A stretch of DNA of 38,430 bases from Candidatus Enteromonas sp. (GCA_045220635.1 JBGUWA010000142.1:1-38430), one strand, 5' to 3'; positions 19,144-29,632 are shown, counted from the stretch's first letter. Made by a program: numbers and translations. The notes: a model not told the origin generated them from the sequence alone.

Positions 19144-19470
19144 ATGGAAAGAAATCATCGTATCGCGATCCAAGGCGTCGTCACTTCCGTGAAGATGGCC
19201 AAGACCATCGTCGTCACCGTTTCCACCGAACGCAACGACCCCCTCTACGTCAAACGCGTCGGCTATTCCAAGAAATACTATGCCCATGACGAAAAGTGCG
19301 AAGCCGCCCTTGGCGACACCGTCACCATCATGGCCTGCCGCCCCATGTCGAAGCTCAAACGCTTCCGCTTGGTCAGCGTCGATAAGAAAGCGCTCAACGA
19401 AGACGTCAACAGCGTCGAGGAAGCCCTCGAAGCCAAGGAAGGCATCGCTGAGCCGAAGGAGGGCGAATAA
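19144..19470 (+). CDS. rpsQ: 30S ribosomal protein S17 (acidic about 20-aa C-terminal tail)
   Basis: [41 protein letters not shown]...[14 protein letters not shown]. Confidence 0.96.
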   Translation: MERNHRIAIQGVVTSVKMAKTIVVTVSTERNDPLYVKRVGYSKKYYAHDEKCEAALGDTVTIMACRPMSKLKRFRLVSVDKKALNEDVNSVEEALEAKEGIAEPKEGE

Positions 19471-19838
19471 TGATTCAGACCGAAACCAATCTCGTGGTCG
19501 CCGATAACTCCGGCGCCAAGTCGGTCCGCGCCTTCCGCCTCTATGGCGGTAGCTACCGCAAAACCTCTTCCATTGGCGATGTCGTCCTCTGCGCCGTCAA
19601 AGACGCCATCCCCAACGCGAAAATCAAGAAATCCGACATCGTCAAGGCCGTCGTCGTCCGCGTCAAGCATCCGCTTCAGCGCAAGGATGGCAGCACCATC
19701 GCCTTCGACGACAACGCCGTCGTTCTCATCGACAACGATGGCAACCCCATCGGCACCCGTGTCTTCGGTCCGGTTGCCCGCGAACTCCGCGACAAGGGTT
19801 ACACCAAAATCGTCTCCCTCGCCGTCGAGGTTCTCTAA
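19470..19838 (+). CDS. rplN: 50S ribosomal protein L14
   Basis: [17 protein letters not shown]...[26 protein letters not shown]; 122 aa. Confidence 0.98.
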   Translation: MIQTETNLVVADNSGAKSVRAFRLYGGSYRKTSSIGDVVLCAVKDAIPNAKIKKSDIVKAVVVRVKHPLQRKDGSTIAFDDNAVVLIDNDGNPIGTRVFGPVARELRDKGYTKIVSLAVEVL

Positions 19839-19853
19839 TAGGAGGCACAAAGA

Positions 19854-20159
19854 ATGAACATCAAAAAAGGTGATAAGGTCCGCGTGATCTCCGGCGCCGA
19901 CAAAGGCAAAGAAGGCATTGTCCAGCGCGTCTATCCCAAACTCAACAAGGTCGTCGTCGAGGGCGTCAACGTGCACAAGAAGCACCGCAAACCCTCGCAA
20001 AGCGTCCCCGAAGGCTCCGTCGTGGAAATCTACGTTCCCATCGACGCCAGCAACGTCGCGCTTCTCGACCCCAAAACCAAAAAGCCCACCCGCGTCCACT
20101 ATGGCACGGTGAAGGGTAAGAAAGTCCGCCTCGCCAAGTCCGGCGAGCCCCTCGACTAA
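19854..20159 (+). CDS. rplX: 50S ribosomal protein L24
   Basis: [24 protein letters not shown]...[16 protein letters not shown] (KOW motif). Confidence 0.96.
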   Translation: MNIKKGDKVRVISGADKGKEGIVQRVYPKLNKVVVEGVNVHKKHRKPSQSVPEGSVVEIYVPIDASNVALLDPKTKKPTRVHYGTVKGKKVRLAKSGEPLD

Positions 20160-20173
20160 GAAAGGAGACCTCC

Positions 20174-20854
20174 ATGGCAGAAGAAACCAAAAAAGCTACG
20201 ACCGCCAAGGCGGCCCCCAAAGCGGCGAAACCCGCGGCTCCTAAGGCCGAAAAGCCCGCCGAAGCCAAAGCGGAAAAACCCGCCAAGAAGAGCGAGTTCA
20301 AGCTCCCTGAGCCCAAGAACCGCCTCGAAAAGAAATACCGCAACGAAGTCGTTCCCGAACTCGTTAAGGAATTCGGCTACAGCACCGTCATGATGGCTCC
20401 GAAGATCGACAAGATCGTGGTCAACATGGGCGTTGGCGACGCGACCAGCAACTCCAAAGTCCTCGATGACGCGGTCAATGACCTCACCATCCTCTCCGGT
20501 CAGAAGCCGATCATCACCAAGGCCAAGAAGTCCATCGCGAACTTCAAGCTCCGCGAAGGCCAGGCCATTGGTTGCAAGGTGACCTTGCGCGGCGAGCGCA
20601 TGTATCAGTTCCTCGATAAACTGGTCTCCATCGCCCTCCCCCGCGTCCGCGACTTCCGCGGCGTCTCCCGTAACTCCTTTGATGGCCACGGCAACTACAC
20701 CCTCGGCGTCAAAGAACAATTGATCTTCCCCGAAATCGACTACGATAAGGTGAACAAGATCCGCGGCATGGACATCGTTATCGTCACCACCGCGAAATCC
20801 GATAAAGAAGCGACGGCCCTGCTTGAAAAGCTCGGCATGCCCTTCCGTAAGTAA
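20174..20854 (+). CDS. rplE: 50S ribosomal protein L5 with about 47-aa Lys/Ala/Pro-rich N-terminal extension
   Basis: Core [42 protein letters not shown]...; 226 aa versus about 180 typical. Confidence 0.95.
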   Translation: MAEETKKATTAKAAPKAAKPAAPKAEKPAEAKAEKPAKKSEFKLPEPKNRLEKKYRNEVVPELVKEFGYSTVMMAPKIDKIVVNMGVGDATSNSKVLDDAVNDLTILSGQKPIITKAKKSIANFKLREGQAIGCKVTLRGERMYQFLDKLVSIALPRVRDFRGVSRNSFDGHGNYTLGVKEQLIFPEIDYDKVNKIRGMDIVIVTTAKSDKEATALLEKLGMPFRK

Positions 20855-20866
20855 GGAGCAACGAAC

Positions 20867-21052
20867 ATGGCAAAGAAAAGCTTAGTTGCGAAAGCGCACC
20901 GCAAACAGAAATTCGCCGTCCGCGAATACACCCGCTGCTCGCGCTGCGGACGCCCCCATGGCGTCATCCGTAAATTCGGTTTGTGCCGCATCTGCCTGCG
21001 CGAACTCGCCTACAAGGGCGAAATCCCCGGCATGAAGAAGGCCTCTTGGTAA
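20867..21052 (+). CDS. rpsZ: 30S ribosomal protein S14 type Z (zinc-binding)
   Basis: 61 aa; [20 protein letters not shown] carries the CxxC...CxxC ribbon. Confidence 0.96.
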   Translation: MAKKSLVAKAHRKQKFAVREYTRCSRCGRPHGVIRKFGLCRICLRELAYKGEIPGMKKASW

Positions 21053-21067
21053 AGAAAGGAGCAGAAC

Positions 21068-21463
21068 ATGAACGCAGATCCTATCGCTGATATGCTGACT
21101 CGCATCCGTAACGCCAACGCGCTACGTTATGAAGAAGTCTCCATGCCCTCCTCCTCCATCAAGGTCGGCATCGCCGAAATCCTCAAAAAAGAAGGCTTCG
21201 TGAACGATTTCTCGGTCTCCGAGGAAAAGGGCAAGAAGACCCTCACCATCGTCTTGAAGTACAGCGCCTCCGGCGAACGCGTCATCACCAACCTGAAACG
21301 CGTCTCCAAGCCCGGCCTTCGCGTCTACTGCCAAGCCGACAAGATTCCCAGCGTCCTCAAAGGCCTCGGCATCGCCATCGTGAGCACCCCCAACGGCTTG
21401 CTCACCGACAAACAAGCCCGTAAAGCGGGCGTCGGCGGCGAAGTCCTCGCCTACGTCTGGTAA
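21068..21463 (+). CDS. rpsH: 30S ribosomal protein S8
   Basis: [14 protein letters not shown]...[33 protein letters not shown]. Confidence 0.97.
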   Translation: MNADPIADMLTRIRNANALRYEEVSMPSSSIKVGIAEILKKEGFVNDFSVSEEKGKKTLTIVLKYSASGERVITNLKRVSKPGLRVYCQADKIPSVLKGLGIAIVSTPNGLLTDKQARKAGVGGEVLAYVW

Positions 21464-21483
21464 TAGAAAGGAAGAAAACAATC

Positions 21484-22035
21484 ATGTCTCGCATCGGACT
21501 CAAACCCGTGGTTCTTCCTGAAGGCGTCACCTTGGACATCAAGGAAGGCGTCATCGCCGTCAAAGGTCCCAAAGGCGAATTGAGCGTGGCTTACCCGAGC
21601 TGCGTAAGCGTCTCTGTGGACGGCGGCGTCGCCCATGTTGCTCGCGCCAACGACGAACCTCGTTCCGTGACCAACCATGGCACTGTCAGGGCCAACCTCG
21701 CCAACGCCGTCAAAGGCGTCCACGAAGGCTTCAGCAAGGAACTTGAAATCCAAGGCATTGGCTATCGTTGCGCGATGAGGGGAACCTCCATCGTCCTCAA
21801 CGTCGGCTATTCCCACGAAGTCGTCATCGCCCCCGTCGAGGGCGTCAAAATCACCGCCAAAGACGATACGCACATCCTCGTCGAAGGCATCGACAAACAA
21901 AAAGTTGGCCAAATCGCCGCGCTCATCCACGACACCAAGCGTCCTGAGCCCTACGGCGGCAAAGGCATCCGCTACAAAGGCGAAGTCGTCCACCTCAAGG
22001 AAGGCAAGCGCGCCGCCGGCGGTGCCAAGAAGTAA
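21484..22035 (+). CDS. rplF: 50S ribosomal protein L6
   Basis: MSRIGLKPVVLPEGV...LEIQGIGYR...PEPYGGKGIRYKGE. Confidence 0.97.
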   Translation: MSRIGLKPVVLPEGVTLDIKEGVIAVKGPKGELSVAYPSCVSVSVDGGVAHVARANDEPRSVTNHGTVRANLANAVKGVHEGFSKELEIQGIGYRCAMRGTSIVLNVGYSHEVVIAPVEGVKITAKDDTHILVEGIDKQKVGQIAALIHDTKRPEPYGGKGIRYKGEVVHLKEGKRAAGGAKK

Positions 22036-22053
22036 TAGGAGGGGAGTACAACC

Positions 22054-22410
22054 ATGATCGAAAAAACACCCAAGAACGTCGTTCGTGCCCGCAAGCACCT
22101 CCGCGTTCGCGCCAAGATCTCCGGTACGGCCGAAAAGCCCCGCCTTTGCGTCTTCCGTTCCAACAAACACATCGAAGCGCAGATCATCGATGACACCAAA
22201 GGCGTCACCTTGGTCTCCTGCTCGTCCGTTCAACTCAAGCTCAGTTCTGGCAGCAACTGCGAAGCCGCAGCCAAAGTCGGCGCCGAGCTTGCCAAAAGGG
22301 CCCTCGCCAAAGGCATCGAAAACGTTGCCTTCGACCGCGGTGGCTACCTCTATCACGGCCGCGTCGCCGCGTTAGCGGATGCCGCTCGCGAAGGTGGGCT
22401 CAAGTTCTAA
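22054..22410 (+). CDS. rplR: 50S ribosomal protein L18
   Basis: [35 protein letters not shown]...[26 protein letters not shown]. Confidence 0.97.
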   Translation: MIEKTPKNVVRARKHLRVRAKISGTAEKPRLCVFRSNKHIEAQIIDDTKGVTLVSCSSVQLKLSSGSNCEAAAKVGAELAKRALAKGIENVAFDRGGYLYHGRVAALADAAREGGLKF

Positions 22411-22422
22411 GGAGAAGCGAAT

Positions 22423-23145
22423 ATGGAAGAAGAAAACAAAATCACTGCTCCCGCCGCGGAAGAAACTCCCGCCGCGGAAAGCAAACCCGCTGAATCCCGT
22501 GGCGGCTACGAACCTCATGGTTCCGCTGCCGCACCGCGTCCTGGCGACCGTAAAGACGGCTCCCATCGCGGACGCCCCTCCGAAAGGCGTGGCGGCCGTG
22601 GCGGCTTCCGTCGCGAAGGGGATGACCTCTTAGAGAGAGTCGTCGCCATCAACCGCGTCTCCAAGACCGTCCAAGGCGGCAAACACGTCCGTTTCTCCGC
22701 CCTTGTCGTCGTCGGCGACGGCAAAGGCTCCTATGGTTTCGCGACCGCCAAATCCGGCGAAGTCCCCGATGCCATCAAAAAAGCGCTCGAGAAGGCCCGC
22801 AAGGCCATGCACAAGATCGAGATCGTCAAAGGCGACACCATCGGCCATGACGTCGAAGGCAAATTTGGTTCCACCAAAGTCGTCTTGAAGCCCTCCAACC
22901 CCGGCACCGGCGTCGTCGCTGGTGGCCCGGTCCGTGCCATCCTCGAGCTCGCCGGCGTCAAAAACGTCGCTTCCAAGGTCTACGGCTCCCGCACCGCGAT
23001 CAACGTCGTCCGTGCCACCGATGCCGGCCTCCGCAGCTTGAAGTCCTATGACAAGATCATGGTGCTCCGCGGCAAGAAGACCGAAGAGGAAATCCGTGCT
23101 CGCAAGAGCGCGAAGGCCCCCGAGGCCCCGAAAGGAGATAAATAA
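22423..23145 (+). CDS. rpsE: 30S ribosomal protein S5 with about 57-aa acidic-then-Arg/Gly-rich N-terminal extension and a short basic C-terminal tail
   Basis: Core [53 protein letters not shown]...; 240 aa versus about 166 typical. Confidence 0.95.
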   Translation: MEEENKITAPAAEETPAAESKPAESRGGYEPHGSAAAPRPGDRKDGSHRGRPSERRGGRGGFRREGDDLLERVVAINRVSKTVQGGKHVRFSALVVVGDGKGSYGFATAKSGEVPDAIKKALEKARKAMHKIEIVKGDTIGHDVEGKFGSTKVVLKPSNPGTGVVAGGPVRAILELAGVKNVASKVYGSRTAINVVRATDAGLRSLKSYDKIMVLRGKKTEEEIRARKSAKAPEAPKGDK

Positions 23146-23147
23146 CC

Positions 23148-23597
23148 ATGTCTTCCTTATCCACCCTTAAAAACGCCCCCGGCGCCAAAATCGACTCCTT
23201 CCGCAAAGGCAGGGGTAGGGGCACCGGCAACGGCAAAACCGCCGGCAAAGGCATGAAGGGTCAAGGCGCCCACGCCCACACCAAAGCCAAAGGCTTCGAA
23301 GGTGGTCAGACGCCCCTCGCCCGCCGCTTGCCCAAGTTCGGCGTCCGCAAAACCCACAAAGGCCGCAAGACCGTTTACGCCATCGTCAATCTCGACCGCC
23401 TCAACCGCTTCGAGGATGGCACCGTCGTCAACGCCGCTCTCCTTATCGAGAAAGGCATCCTCAAAGAGGAATTCGATGGTGTTAAAATCCTTGGGAAAGG
23501 CACCTTAGAGAGGAAACTCACCGTGGAAGCCAAGGCGTTCTCCGCCTCGGCCAAAGCCGCGATCGAAGCCCTCGGTGGTGAAGCGAAGGTCTTATAA
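23148..23597 (+). CDS. rplO: 50S ribosomal protein L15
   Basis: [11 protein letters not shown]...[18 protein letters not shown]...[15 protein letters not shown]. Confidence 0.96.
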   Translation: MSSLSTLKNAPGAKIDSFRKGRGRGTGNGKTAGKGMKGQGAHAHTKAKGFEGGQTPLARRLPKFGVRKTHKGRKTVYAIVNLDRLNRFEDGTVVNAALLIEKGILKEEFDGVKILGKGTLERKLTVEAKAFSASAKAAIEALGGEAKVL

Positions 23598-24964
23598 TGC
23601 GTAAGTTCGTCTCAATCTTCAAAAACAAAGAAATCGTCGGTCGTATTTTCTTCACGATCATGATTCTCTTCGTGGTCAGGATTGGGGCGGCCATTACGGT
23701 GCCGTTGGTGAAACCTGAGGATGCCCTCGCCAACGCCATGAACTCGGGCAACGCCCTTGCCCTCATGGACTTGCTCGGAGGCGGAGCCTTATCGAACTTC
23801 TCCGTCTTCGCCCTCGGCGTCTCGCCCTACATCACCGCGCAGATTATCGTCGAATTGCTCTCGAAGGATGTCTTGCCCGCCTTGACGGAACTCTCCAAAC
23901 AAGGCCAATACGGCAGGAAGAAGATCGAGATGGCGACGCGCTACCTATGCCTGTTGCTAGGTGCGGTGCAGGGCTATGGCATCATCAAGACCATGGAGAA
24001 CTCGCAGTACATCAGCTTCCTCGATTCCTCCATGCAGGGAACCTTCTGGTCCTATGCCTATATCGTTACGGTCCTCTTAGCGGGAACTATGCTCTCGCTT
24101 TGGTTAGGCGACCAAATCACCGAGAAAGGCTTAGGAAACGGAATCTCCGTCATCATCTTCGCCGGATGCGTCCGTTCCCTCCCCATCCAACTTACAACCG
24201 CGTGGAACAAATGGATCAACGCGAACATCGGCCTGTCGGACCTCTCGGTCATTCGCGGCGCCTTCCAGTTCGCCCTCTACGTTCTCGCCTTACTTCTCAT
24301 TGTCTCGGGCGTTGTCTTCTTCGAGCTCGCCCGTCGCAAAATCCCCGTACAACATGCGGGGAAAGATGGCGCCAACGCCTCGATGGCCAAGGCTTCGTTC
24401 TTGCCCATCAAGGTCAACTCCGCCGGCGTCATCCCCGTCATCTTCGCTTCGTCCATCCTCATGGCGCCTTCCGTCATCGCTGGCTTCATCTCCGCTGAGG
24501 CGAGCCAAGCGCAATGGCTGAAGATCTTCGCCTACTCGGAGATGTACGTGATGCCGGGAATCAACGGCTCCACGTGGAGCATGCCTTGGGGCTTACTCAT
24601 CTACATCGCCCTGGTCATCGCCTTCACCTTCTTCTACTCGGAGATGCAAATGGATCCGGAAAACATGGCGGACAACTTCCAGAAGAACGGCTCCTACATC
24701 CCGGGCATCCGTCCGGGCAAAGAGACGGAGCGTTACGTCCGTAAGGTCCTCAACCGCGTCACCTGCATCGGTGCCTTGGCCTTGGCCACCATCGCGACCA
24801 TCCCGGTCGCCCTGACCCTGTCTGGCATCTTCGGCGCGGATTCGAGCTTGGCCATCGGCGGCACCGGCATGATCATCGTCGTCGGCGTCTGCATCGAGCT
24901 TAACTCGCAAATCGACGGTCTCCTCGCGGGCAAATCGTTCGAAGAAGTGCAAGGAGGTATGTAA
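23597..24964 (+). CDS. secY: Preprotein translocase subunit SecY
   Basis: 455 aa, 10 TM segments. ALGVSPYITAQIIVELL and GISVIIFAG signatures. TAATG overlap with rplO. Confidence 0.97.
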   Translation: MRKFVSIFKNKEIVGRIFFTIMILFVVRIGAAITVPLVKPEDALANAMNSGNALALMDLLGGGALSNFSVFALGVSPYITAQIIVELLSKDVLPALTELSKQGQYGRKKIEMATRYLCLLLGAVQGYGIIKTMENSQYISFLDSSMQGTFWSYAYIVTVLLAGTMLSLWLGDQITEKGLGNGISVIIFAGCVRSLPIQLTTAWNKWINANIGLSDLSVIRGAFQFALYVLALLLIVSGVVFFELARRKIPVQHAGKDGANASMAKASFLPIKVNSAGVIPVIFASSILMAPSVIAGFISAEASQAQWLKIFAYSEMYVMPGINGSTWSMPWGLLIYIALVIAFTFFYSEMQMDPENMADNFQKNGSYIPGIRPGKETERYVRKVLNRVTCIGALALATIATIPVALTLSGIFGADSSLAIGGTGMIIVVGVCIELNSQIDGLLAGKSFEEVQGGM

Positions 24965-25617
24965 TGCTTAACATCATTCTCATGGGCCCCCCGGGCGCTG
25001 GCAAAGGCACTCAGGCCACCCGCATCATCGATGAATTCCATATCCCCCATATCTCGACGGGCGACATCTTCCGCGAGAACATCTCCAAAGGCACCGAACT
25101 CGGTTTGAAGGCGAAAGCCATCATCGAGCGCGGCGACCTCGTGCCCGATGACTTGACCATTGACTTGGTCCGTTCGCGCCTAAGCCAAGACGACTGCAAG
25201 GCAGGCTATCTCCTCGATGGCTTCCCGCGCACCATCGCCCAGGCCGAAGCCCTCAAAGCCATGGGCCCGGAAATCGGCCGCCCCGTCACCCTCGTCGTCG
25301 ACATCACGGTCCCCGACGAAGTCCTCATGCAGCGCATTGCTGGACGTCGCGTCTGCCCCAAGTGCGGCGCTTCGTACAACATCCACTCCATGAAACCGGC
25401 GAAGGAAGGCATCTGCGACCGTTGCGGCGCGGAGCTCATCCAACGCAAAGACGACAATCCAGAGTCGTTCCAAATCCGTCTGGATAACTACTATGCTCAA
25501 ACCGCTCCGCTGGTGGACTTCTACAAAGCGGAGGGAATCTACCACCATTTTGATGGAATGGTTGGGCTGGAGAAAGTCACCGCCGAAGTCGCGGAGCTGC
25601 TCAAAGCCAATCAATGA
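24964..25617 (+). CDS. adk: Adenylate kinase (zinc-lid type)
   Basis: ILMGPPGAGKGTQA, GYLLDGFPRT, lid CPKCGASYN...CDRCG. Confidence 0.97.
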   Translation: MLNIILMGPPGAGKGTQATRIIDEFHIPHISTGDIFRENISKGTELGLKAKAIIERGDLVPDDLTIDLVRSRLSQDDCKAGYLLDGFPRTIAQAEALKAMGPEIGRPVTLVVDITVPDEVLMQRIAGRRVCPKCGASYNIHSMKPAKEGICDRCGAELIQRKDDNPESFQIRLDNYYAQTAPLVDFYKAEGIYHHFDGMVGLEKVTAEVAELLKANQ

Positions 25618-26363
25618 TCATCATCAAGTCGCCGCGGGAAGTCGGCCTCGTTCGCGAGGCCGCCCGCGTCGTCGCGGTGGCTCTTGAAGAGATACGGGAG
25701 TTCATCGTCCCAGGCGTCTCCACGCAAGAGCTCAACGACAAAATCGACGATATCGTCCGTCGGGAAGGGGCCTATCCAGCCGAACTTGGCTACTATGGCT
25801 ACCCCGCCTCGGTGTGCGCTTCCGTCAACGAATGCATCCTCCATGGCATCCCCTCGAAAAAGAAGATCCTTCGCGACGGGGACATCATCACGCTCGACCT
25901 CGTGGCGAAGAAGGATGGCTATTGCGGCGACGCCGCGAGAACCTACCCCGTCGGCATTGTGGGCGAAAGACAAAAAAGAATGATAGCCATCGCGGAAGAA
26001 TGCTTCTATAATGCTATGTCCCTGGTAAAACCAGGGTGTCGCGTCGGAGACATCTCCCACGCCATCGAATCGACCGCGAAGAAACACGGTTGCTCGGTGC
26101 CTCGCGAATATACGGGGCACGGCATCGGCAGGTCGATGCACGAAGATCCTTCCATCCCTTGCTATGGGACTCCCGGCACGGGGCCCATCCTCAAGGAAGG
26201 CATGACCATCTGCGTCGAACCCATGATCCTCGAGGGCAAACCCAACGTTCGCGTGCTGGGCGATGGCTGGACGGTGCTAAGCCGCGACGGGAAACTCACG
26301 AGCCATTACGAAAACACCCTCGTAGTGACCAAGGATGGCTGCGAGATCCTCAGCAAGCCTTGA
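25614..26363 (+). CDS. map: Type I methionine aminopeptidase
   Basis: 249 aa. NECILHGIP, DLVAKKDGYCGD, GHGIGRSMHE and EPMI metal-ligand motifs. ATGA overlap with adk. Confidence 0.96.
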   Translation: MIIIKSPREVGLVREAARVVAVALEEIREFIVPGVSTQELNDKIDDIVRREGAYPAELGYYGYPASVCASVNECILHGIPSKKKILRDGDIITLDLVAKKDGYCGDAARTYPVGIVGERQKRMIAIAEECFYNAMSLVKPGCRVGDISHAIESTAKKHGCSVPREYTGHGIGRSMHEDPSIPCYGTPGTGPILKEGMTICVEPMILEGKPNVRVLGDGWTVLSRDGKLTSHYENTLVVTKDGCEILSKP

Positions 26364-26381
26364 GCAGAAAGGAACTACAAT

Positions 26382-26606
26382 TTGAGCAAAGAAGATTGCA
26401 TCGAAGTCGAGGCGACGGTGTTGGAATGTCTACCCAACGCCAACTTCAAGGTGAAGCTCGCCAACAACGGAGCGGTAGTCCAAGCCTGCGTTTCGGGTAA
26501 AATCCGCATGAACTACATCCGGATTCTTCCCGGCGATAGGGTTACCGTCCAATTCTCACCTTACGATTTAACACGTGGGCGCATTACGTTCCGCTACCGC
26601 AACTGA
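26382..26606 (+). CDS. infA: Translation initiation factor IF-1 (TTG start)
   Basis: [81 protein letters not shown] upstream of TTG 26382. Confidence 0.95.
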   Translation: MSKEDCIEVEATVLECLPNANFKVKLANNGAVVQACVSGKIRMNYIRILPGDRVTVQFSPYDLTRGRITFRYRN

Positions 26607-26644
26607 AGCGGCGGAACCACTCAGAATTATTAGGAGCAAAAACA

Positions 26645-26758
26645 ATGAAAGTCAGACCGTCTGTCAAGCCGATCTGTGACAAGTGCAGGGTCATCCGCCG
26701 TCACGGTAAGCTTATGGTTATCTGCTCCAACCCCAAGCATAAGCAGCGTCAGGGTTGA
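26645..26758 (+). CDS. rpmJ: 50S ribosomal protein L36 (too short for the ORF track)
   Basis: My translation: [37 protein letters not shown] (37 aa). AGGAG 8 nt upstream. Confidence 0.95.
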   Translation: MKVRPSVKPICDKCRVIRRHGKLMVICSNPKHKQRQG

Positions 26759-26779
26759 GCGAGAAAGGATTGCTAACAC

Positions 26780-27154
26780 ATGGCACGTATTGTCGGGGTC
26801 GATATCCCCAATGAAAAGCGCATCGTCGTTTCCCTTACCTACATCTATGGAATCGGCGACACCACGGCGAAGAAGATCTGCGCCGCCGTCAACGTCAGCG
26901 AAGACATTCGCACCAAAGACCTCAGCGATGAGCAGCTTACCGCGCTCCGCGCCGAAGTCGCCAAATATCACACCGAAGGCGATCTCCGTCGTGAAGTCGC
27001 CCTCAACATCAAGCGTCTTACCGAAATCGGTTGCTATCGCGGCATCCGCCACAAGAGAGGACTCCCCGTCCGTGGCCAAAGGACCCGCACCAACGCCCGT
27101 ACCCGCAAAGGTAAGAGGAAGACCATCGCCAACAAGAAAGAGGCCGGCAAGTAA
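26780..27154 (+). CDS. rpsM: 30S ribosomal protein S13
   Basis: [26 protein letters not shown]...[25 protein letters not shown]. Confidence 0.97.
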   Translation: MARIVGVDIPNEKRIVVSLTYIYGIGDTTAKKICAAVNVSEDIRTKDLSDEQLTALRAEVAKYHTEGDLRREVALNIKRLTEIGCYRGIRHKRGLPVRGQRTRTNARTRKGKRKTIANKKEAGK

Positions 27155-27171
27155 TACGGAGGGAATGAATC

Positions 27172-27570
27172 ATGGCGAACAACAAGAAATCCACGACCGC
27201 CCGTAAGAAGAAAATCAAACGGTCATATACCAAAGGCGTGGCCCACATCCACGCTACGTTCAACAACACCATCGTCACCATCACCGACGTCCAAGGCAAC
27301 GTCATCGCCTGGAGCTCTGCTGGTGCGTTAGGCTACAAAGGCGCGAAGAAATCGACTCCCTTCGCCGCCCAGCTCGCCGCGGAAGCCGCTGCGAAGACCG
27401 CGTTTGACCAAGGTCTCCGCACCGTCGACGTCGAGGTCAAAGGACCTGGCGCCGGCCGTGAATCCGCCGTGCGTGCCCTCACCGTGGTCGGACTCCAAGT
27501 CACCTCGATCGAAGATACCACTCCGATCCCCCATAACGGCTGCCGTCCGCCCAAGCGTCCTCGTGGTTAG
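27172..27570 (+). CDS. rpsK: 30S ribosomal protein S11
   Basis: [44 protein letters not shown]...[17 protein letters not shown]. Confidence 0.97.
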   Translation: MANNKKSTTARKKKIKRSYTKGVAHIHATFNNTIVTITDVQGNVIAWSSAGALGYKGAKKSTPFAAQLAAEAAAKTAFDQGLRTVDVEVKGPGAGRESAVRALTVVGLQVTSIEDTTPIPHNGCRPPKRPRG

Positions 27571-27621
27571 TCTCTAATCACAAATCGCTACATCACACTA
27601 ACCACATAAGGAGGAAATTTC

Positions 27622-28626
27622 ATGGCAACTAAAGCCGAAAACAAAGTCGAAGAGATCAAACTCCCCAACCCGTTCGAACCCGTGAAAATCGGCATCGCCG
27701 TCAACGACGAAACCGAGAATTACGCCAAGATCGTCGCTAGCCCCCTTGAAAGAGGCTTCGGCATCACCCTTGGCAACGCCCTTCGCCGCGTCCTGCTCAG
27801 CGCCCTTCCCGGCGCCAGCGTCGTCGCCGTCCAAATCGAAGGCGCCCGTCATGAGTTCACCGCTCTGAAAGGCATTGAGGAAGACGTCACCGCCATTATC
27901 CTCAACCTCAAGGAACTCGTCTTGAAGATCGACGACAACTCCTCGGACCTCAAGCGCATCGAAGTCGACGTCAAAGGACCTTGCACCCTCAAGGCCGGCG
28001 ACCTCGAACTCCCCGCCCTTGTCTCGTGCTGCAACCCCGACCTCGAGATTGCCCACATCAACGCCGAGGGTCACCTCGTCATGACGATCTTCGCCGCCAA
28101 CGGCAGGGGATACGTCACCGCCGAGACCAATAAGGCCGAACGTCGCATCGACACCGTCGGCGTCATCACCACCGACTCCAACTATTCGCCCGTCGTCAAA
28201 GTCGCCTACAGCGTCGAGCCGACCCGCGTCCTTCATGACTCCAAGTTCGATGAGCTCACCCTCGAGGTGACCACCAACGGGTCCGTCAAGCCGCACGAAG
28301 CCGTCGCCCTTGCCGCCCAGTTGCTCATCAGCCACTTCCAGCAATTCATCGCGCTTGAAGAAAAAGTCCAAGGCATCCGCCTCGTCAAAGAGGAAGTCCG
28401 TGTCGAGGACAACAAGTTCCAGAACATGTTCATCGAGGAACTCGACCTCAGCGTCCGTTCCAACAACTGCCTCAAGAGGGCAGGGATCACGACGGTTCTC
28501 GAACTGACCCAAAAGACCGAGGAAGAAATGATGAAAGTCCGTAACCTCGGCAAGAAATCGCTTAAGGAAGTCAAAGAAAAACTTGCGGCCCACGGCCTAC
28601 ACTTCCGCGATTACGTAGGAGAATAA
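27622..28626 (+). CDS. rpoA: DNA-directed RNA polymerase subunit alpha
   Basis: GFGITLGNALRRVLLSALPGASV. C-terminal domain IEELDLSVRSNNCLKRAGITTVLELTQKTEEEMMKVRNLGKKSLKEVKEKL. Confidence 0.97.
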   Translation: MATKAENKVEEIKLPNPFEPVKIGIAVNDETENYAKIVASPLERGFGITLGNALRRVLLSALPGASVVAVQIEGARHEFTALKGIEEDVTAIILNLKELVLKIDDNSSDLKRIEVDVKGPCTLKAGDLELPALVSCCNPDLEIAHINAEGHLVMTIFAANGRGYVTAETNKAERRIDTVGVITTDSNYSPVVKVAYSVEPTRVLHDSKFDELTLEVTTNGSVKPHEAVALAAQLLISHFQQFIALEEKVQGIRLVKEEVRVEDNKFQNMFIEELDLSVRSNNCLKRAGITTVLELTQKTEEEMMKVRNLGKKSLKEVKEKLAAHGLHFRDYVGE

Positions 28627-28629
28627 ACC

Positions 28630-29013
28630 ATGGCAGCACAAGGTAGAAAGAACGTCCACGGCAAGACCGGTGTGCGTTTCAAGACCGGTTATACCGCGTC
28701 GAAAAACAAAGCGATGCTCCGCAACGTCGTGACCGACCTCATCGTCCACGAAGAAGTCAAGGTCACCAGCGGCGTCACCAAAGAGCTCAAGCAGCTCGCC
28801 GACCATCTCGTCACCCTCGCCAAGAGGAATGACTTGCATGCTCGCCGTCTCGCGGCCCAGACCGTCCGTTCCGAAGAAGCCCTCAAGAAGCTCTTCGCCG
28901 AAATCGGTCCCCGCATGGCGTCCCGCAACGGCGGCTACACCCGTTCGTTCAAACTCGGCGAACGTCGCGGCGACTCTGCGGAAGTCACCCTCGTTCGTTG
29001 GTCCGATCGCTAA
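28630..29013 (+). CDS. rplQ: 50S ribosomal protein L17
   Basis: KNKAMLRNVVTDLIVHEEVKVTSGVTKELKQLADHLVTLAKRNDLHARR...NGGYTR..KLG.RRGD. Confidence 0.96.
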   Translation: MAAQGRKNVHGKTGVRFKTGYTASKNKAMLRNVVTDLIVHEEVKVTSGVTKELKQLADHLVTLAKRNDLHARRLAAQTVRSEEALKKLFAEIGPRMASRNGGYTRSFKLGERRGDSAEVTLVRWSDR

Positions 29014-29030
29014 ACGATATCATCGACTCT

Positions 29031-29056
29031 AAAGCGCTCCAATCGGGGCGCTTTTT
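29031..29056 (+). terminator. Rho-independent terminator ending the ribosomal cluster
   Basis: AAAGCGCTCC aatc GGGGCGCTTT (one G-U pair), followed by TTTTT. Confidence 0.75.
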
Positions 29057-29200
29057 CGTATAAAAAGGATTGGCCTTTTGGAATCGTATTGCTTCCAGAC
29101 GAGGAGGACTTTTCGCGCGAAAGACCGATACGGATGGAAAAAAGAGCAACCGTTTTGCAAATAGTCCTTAAAACTTATCGTTCGCGAATCCATCGGCTAT

Positions 29201-29229
29201 ATTACATTTGGGCCCAAATGTGATAAAAT
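29201..29229 (+). promoter_or_regulatory. Promoter with extended -10 (TGaTAAAAT) overlapped by a perfect 18-bp palindromic operator
   Basis: ACATTTGGGCCCAAATGT at 29204-29221 is a perfect palindrome. -35-like ATTACA at 29201-29206. TG 29221-29222 plus TAAAAT 29224-29229. SD GGAG at 29236-29239. Confidence 0.6.
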
Positions 29230-29245
29230 CTTCTCGGAGTTAAAG

Positions 29246-29632
29246 ATGTTTGATCAAAAAAGCTATGTGAATGGATTTATCAAAGACCACTACAAAACCT
29301 TCAAAGTTCGCGTGAAAAATGAGGACGCCATCACCTTGGCCATGCTTTCGAAGGTACCGAACTTCAATCAATATGTTCTTGGCCTTATCGCCGAGGACAT
29401 TCAAAGAAAGCGCGGATATCCTTTTATTGATAACGACGTCGTCATTGACTTTGAACTCTCGAAGACAATGAAAGACCTTGTCGATGAAGCTGAAAAAGCG
29501 GATATTCTCGGGGACTATGGCCTCTATATGAACCTAGCTGATGCAATCGATTCGCAAGGAAAGAAAGAAGCCTCCAAACATCTGCTCTCCGAAAGTCAGT
29601 GGCGTAAGCTCACGAGGAGGTATCACGTATGA
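29246..29632 (+). CDS. Hypothetical protein with an N-terminal ribbon-helix-helix-like segment (antitoxin/repressor-like)
   Basis: 128 aa. KTFKVRVKNEDAITLAMLSKVPNFNQYVLGLIAEDIQRKRG has a strand-helix-helix pattern. The stop overlaps the next ATG (GTATGA). Confidence 0.6.
   Translation: MFDQKSYVNGFIKDHYKTFKVRVKNEDAITLAMLSKVPNFNQYVLGLIAEDIQRKRGYPFIDNDVVIDFELSKTMKDLVDEAEKADILGDYGLYMNLADAIDSQGKKEASKHLLSESQWRKLTRRYHV

Noticed and set aside
27571-27621. Missing rpsD between rpsK and rpoA, considered as a possible deletion.
   Set aside because: This is the normal Firmicutes/Mollicutes arrangement, where rpsD is encoded elsewhere. The 51-nt gap holds only the rpoA SD.
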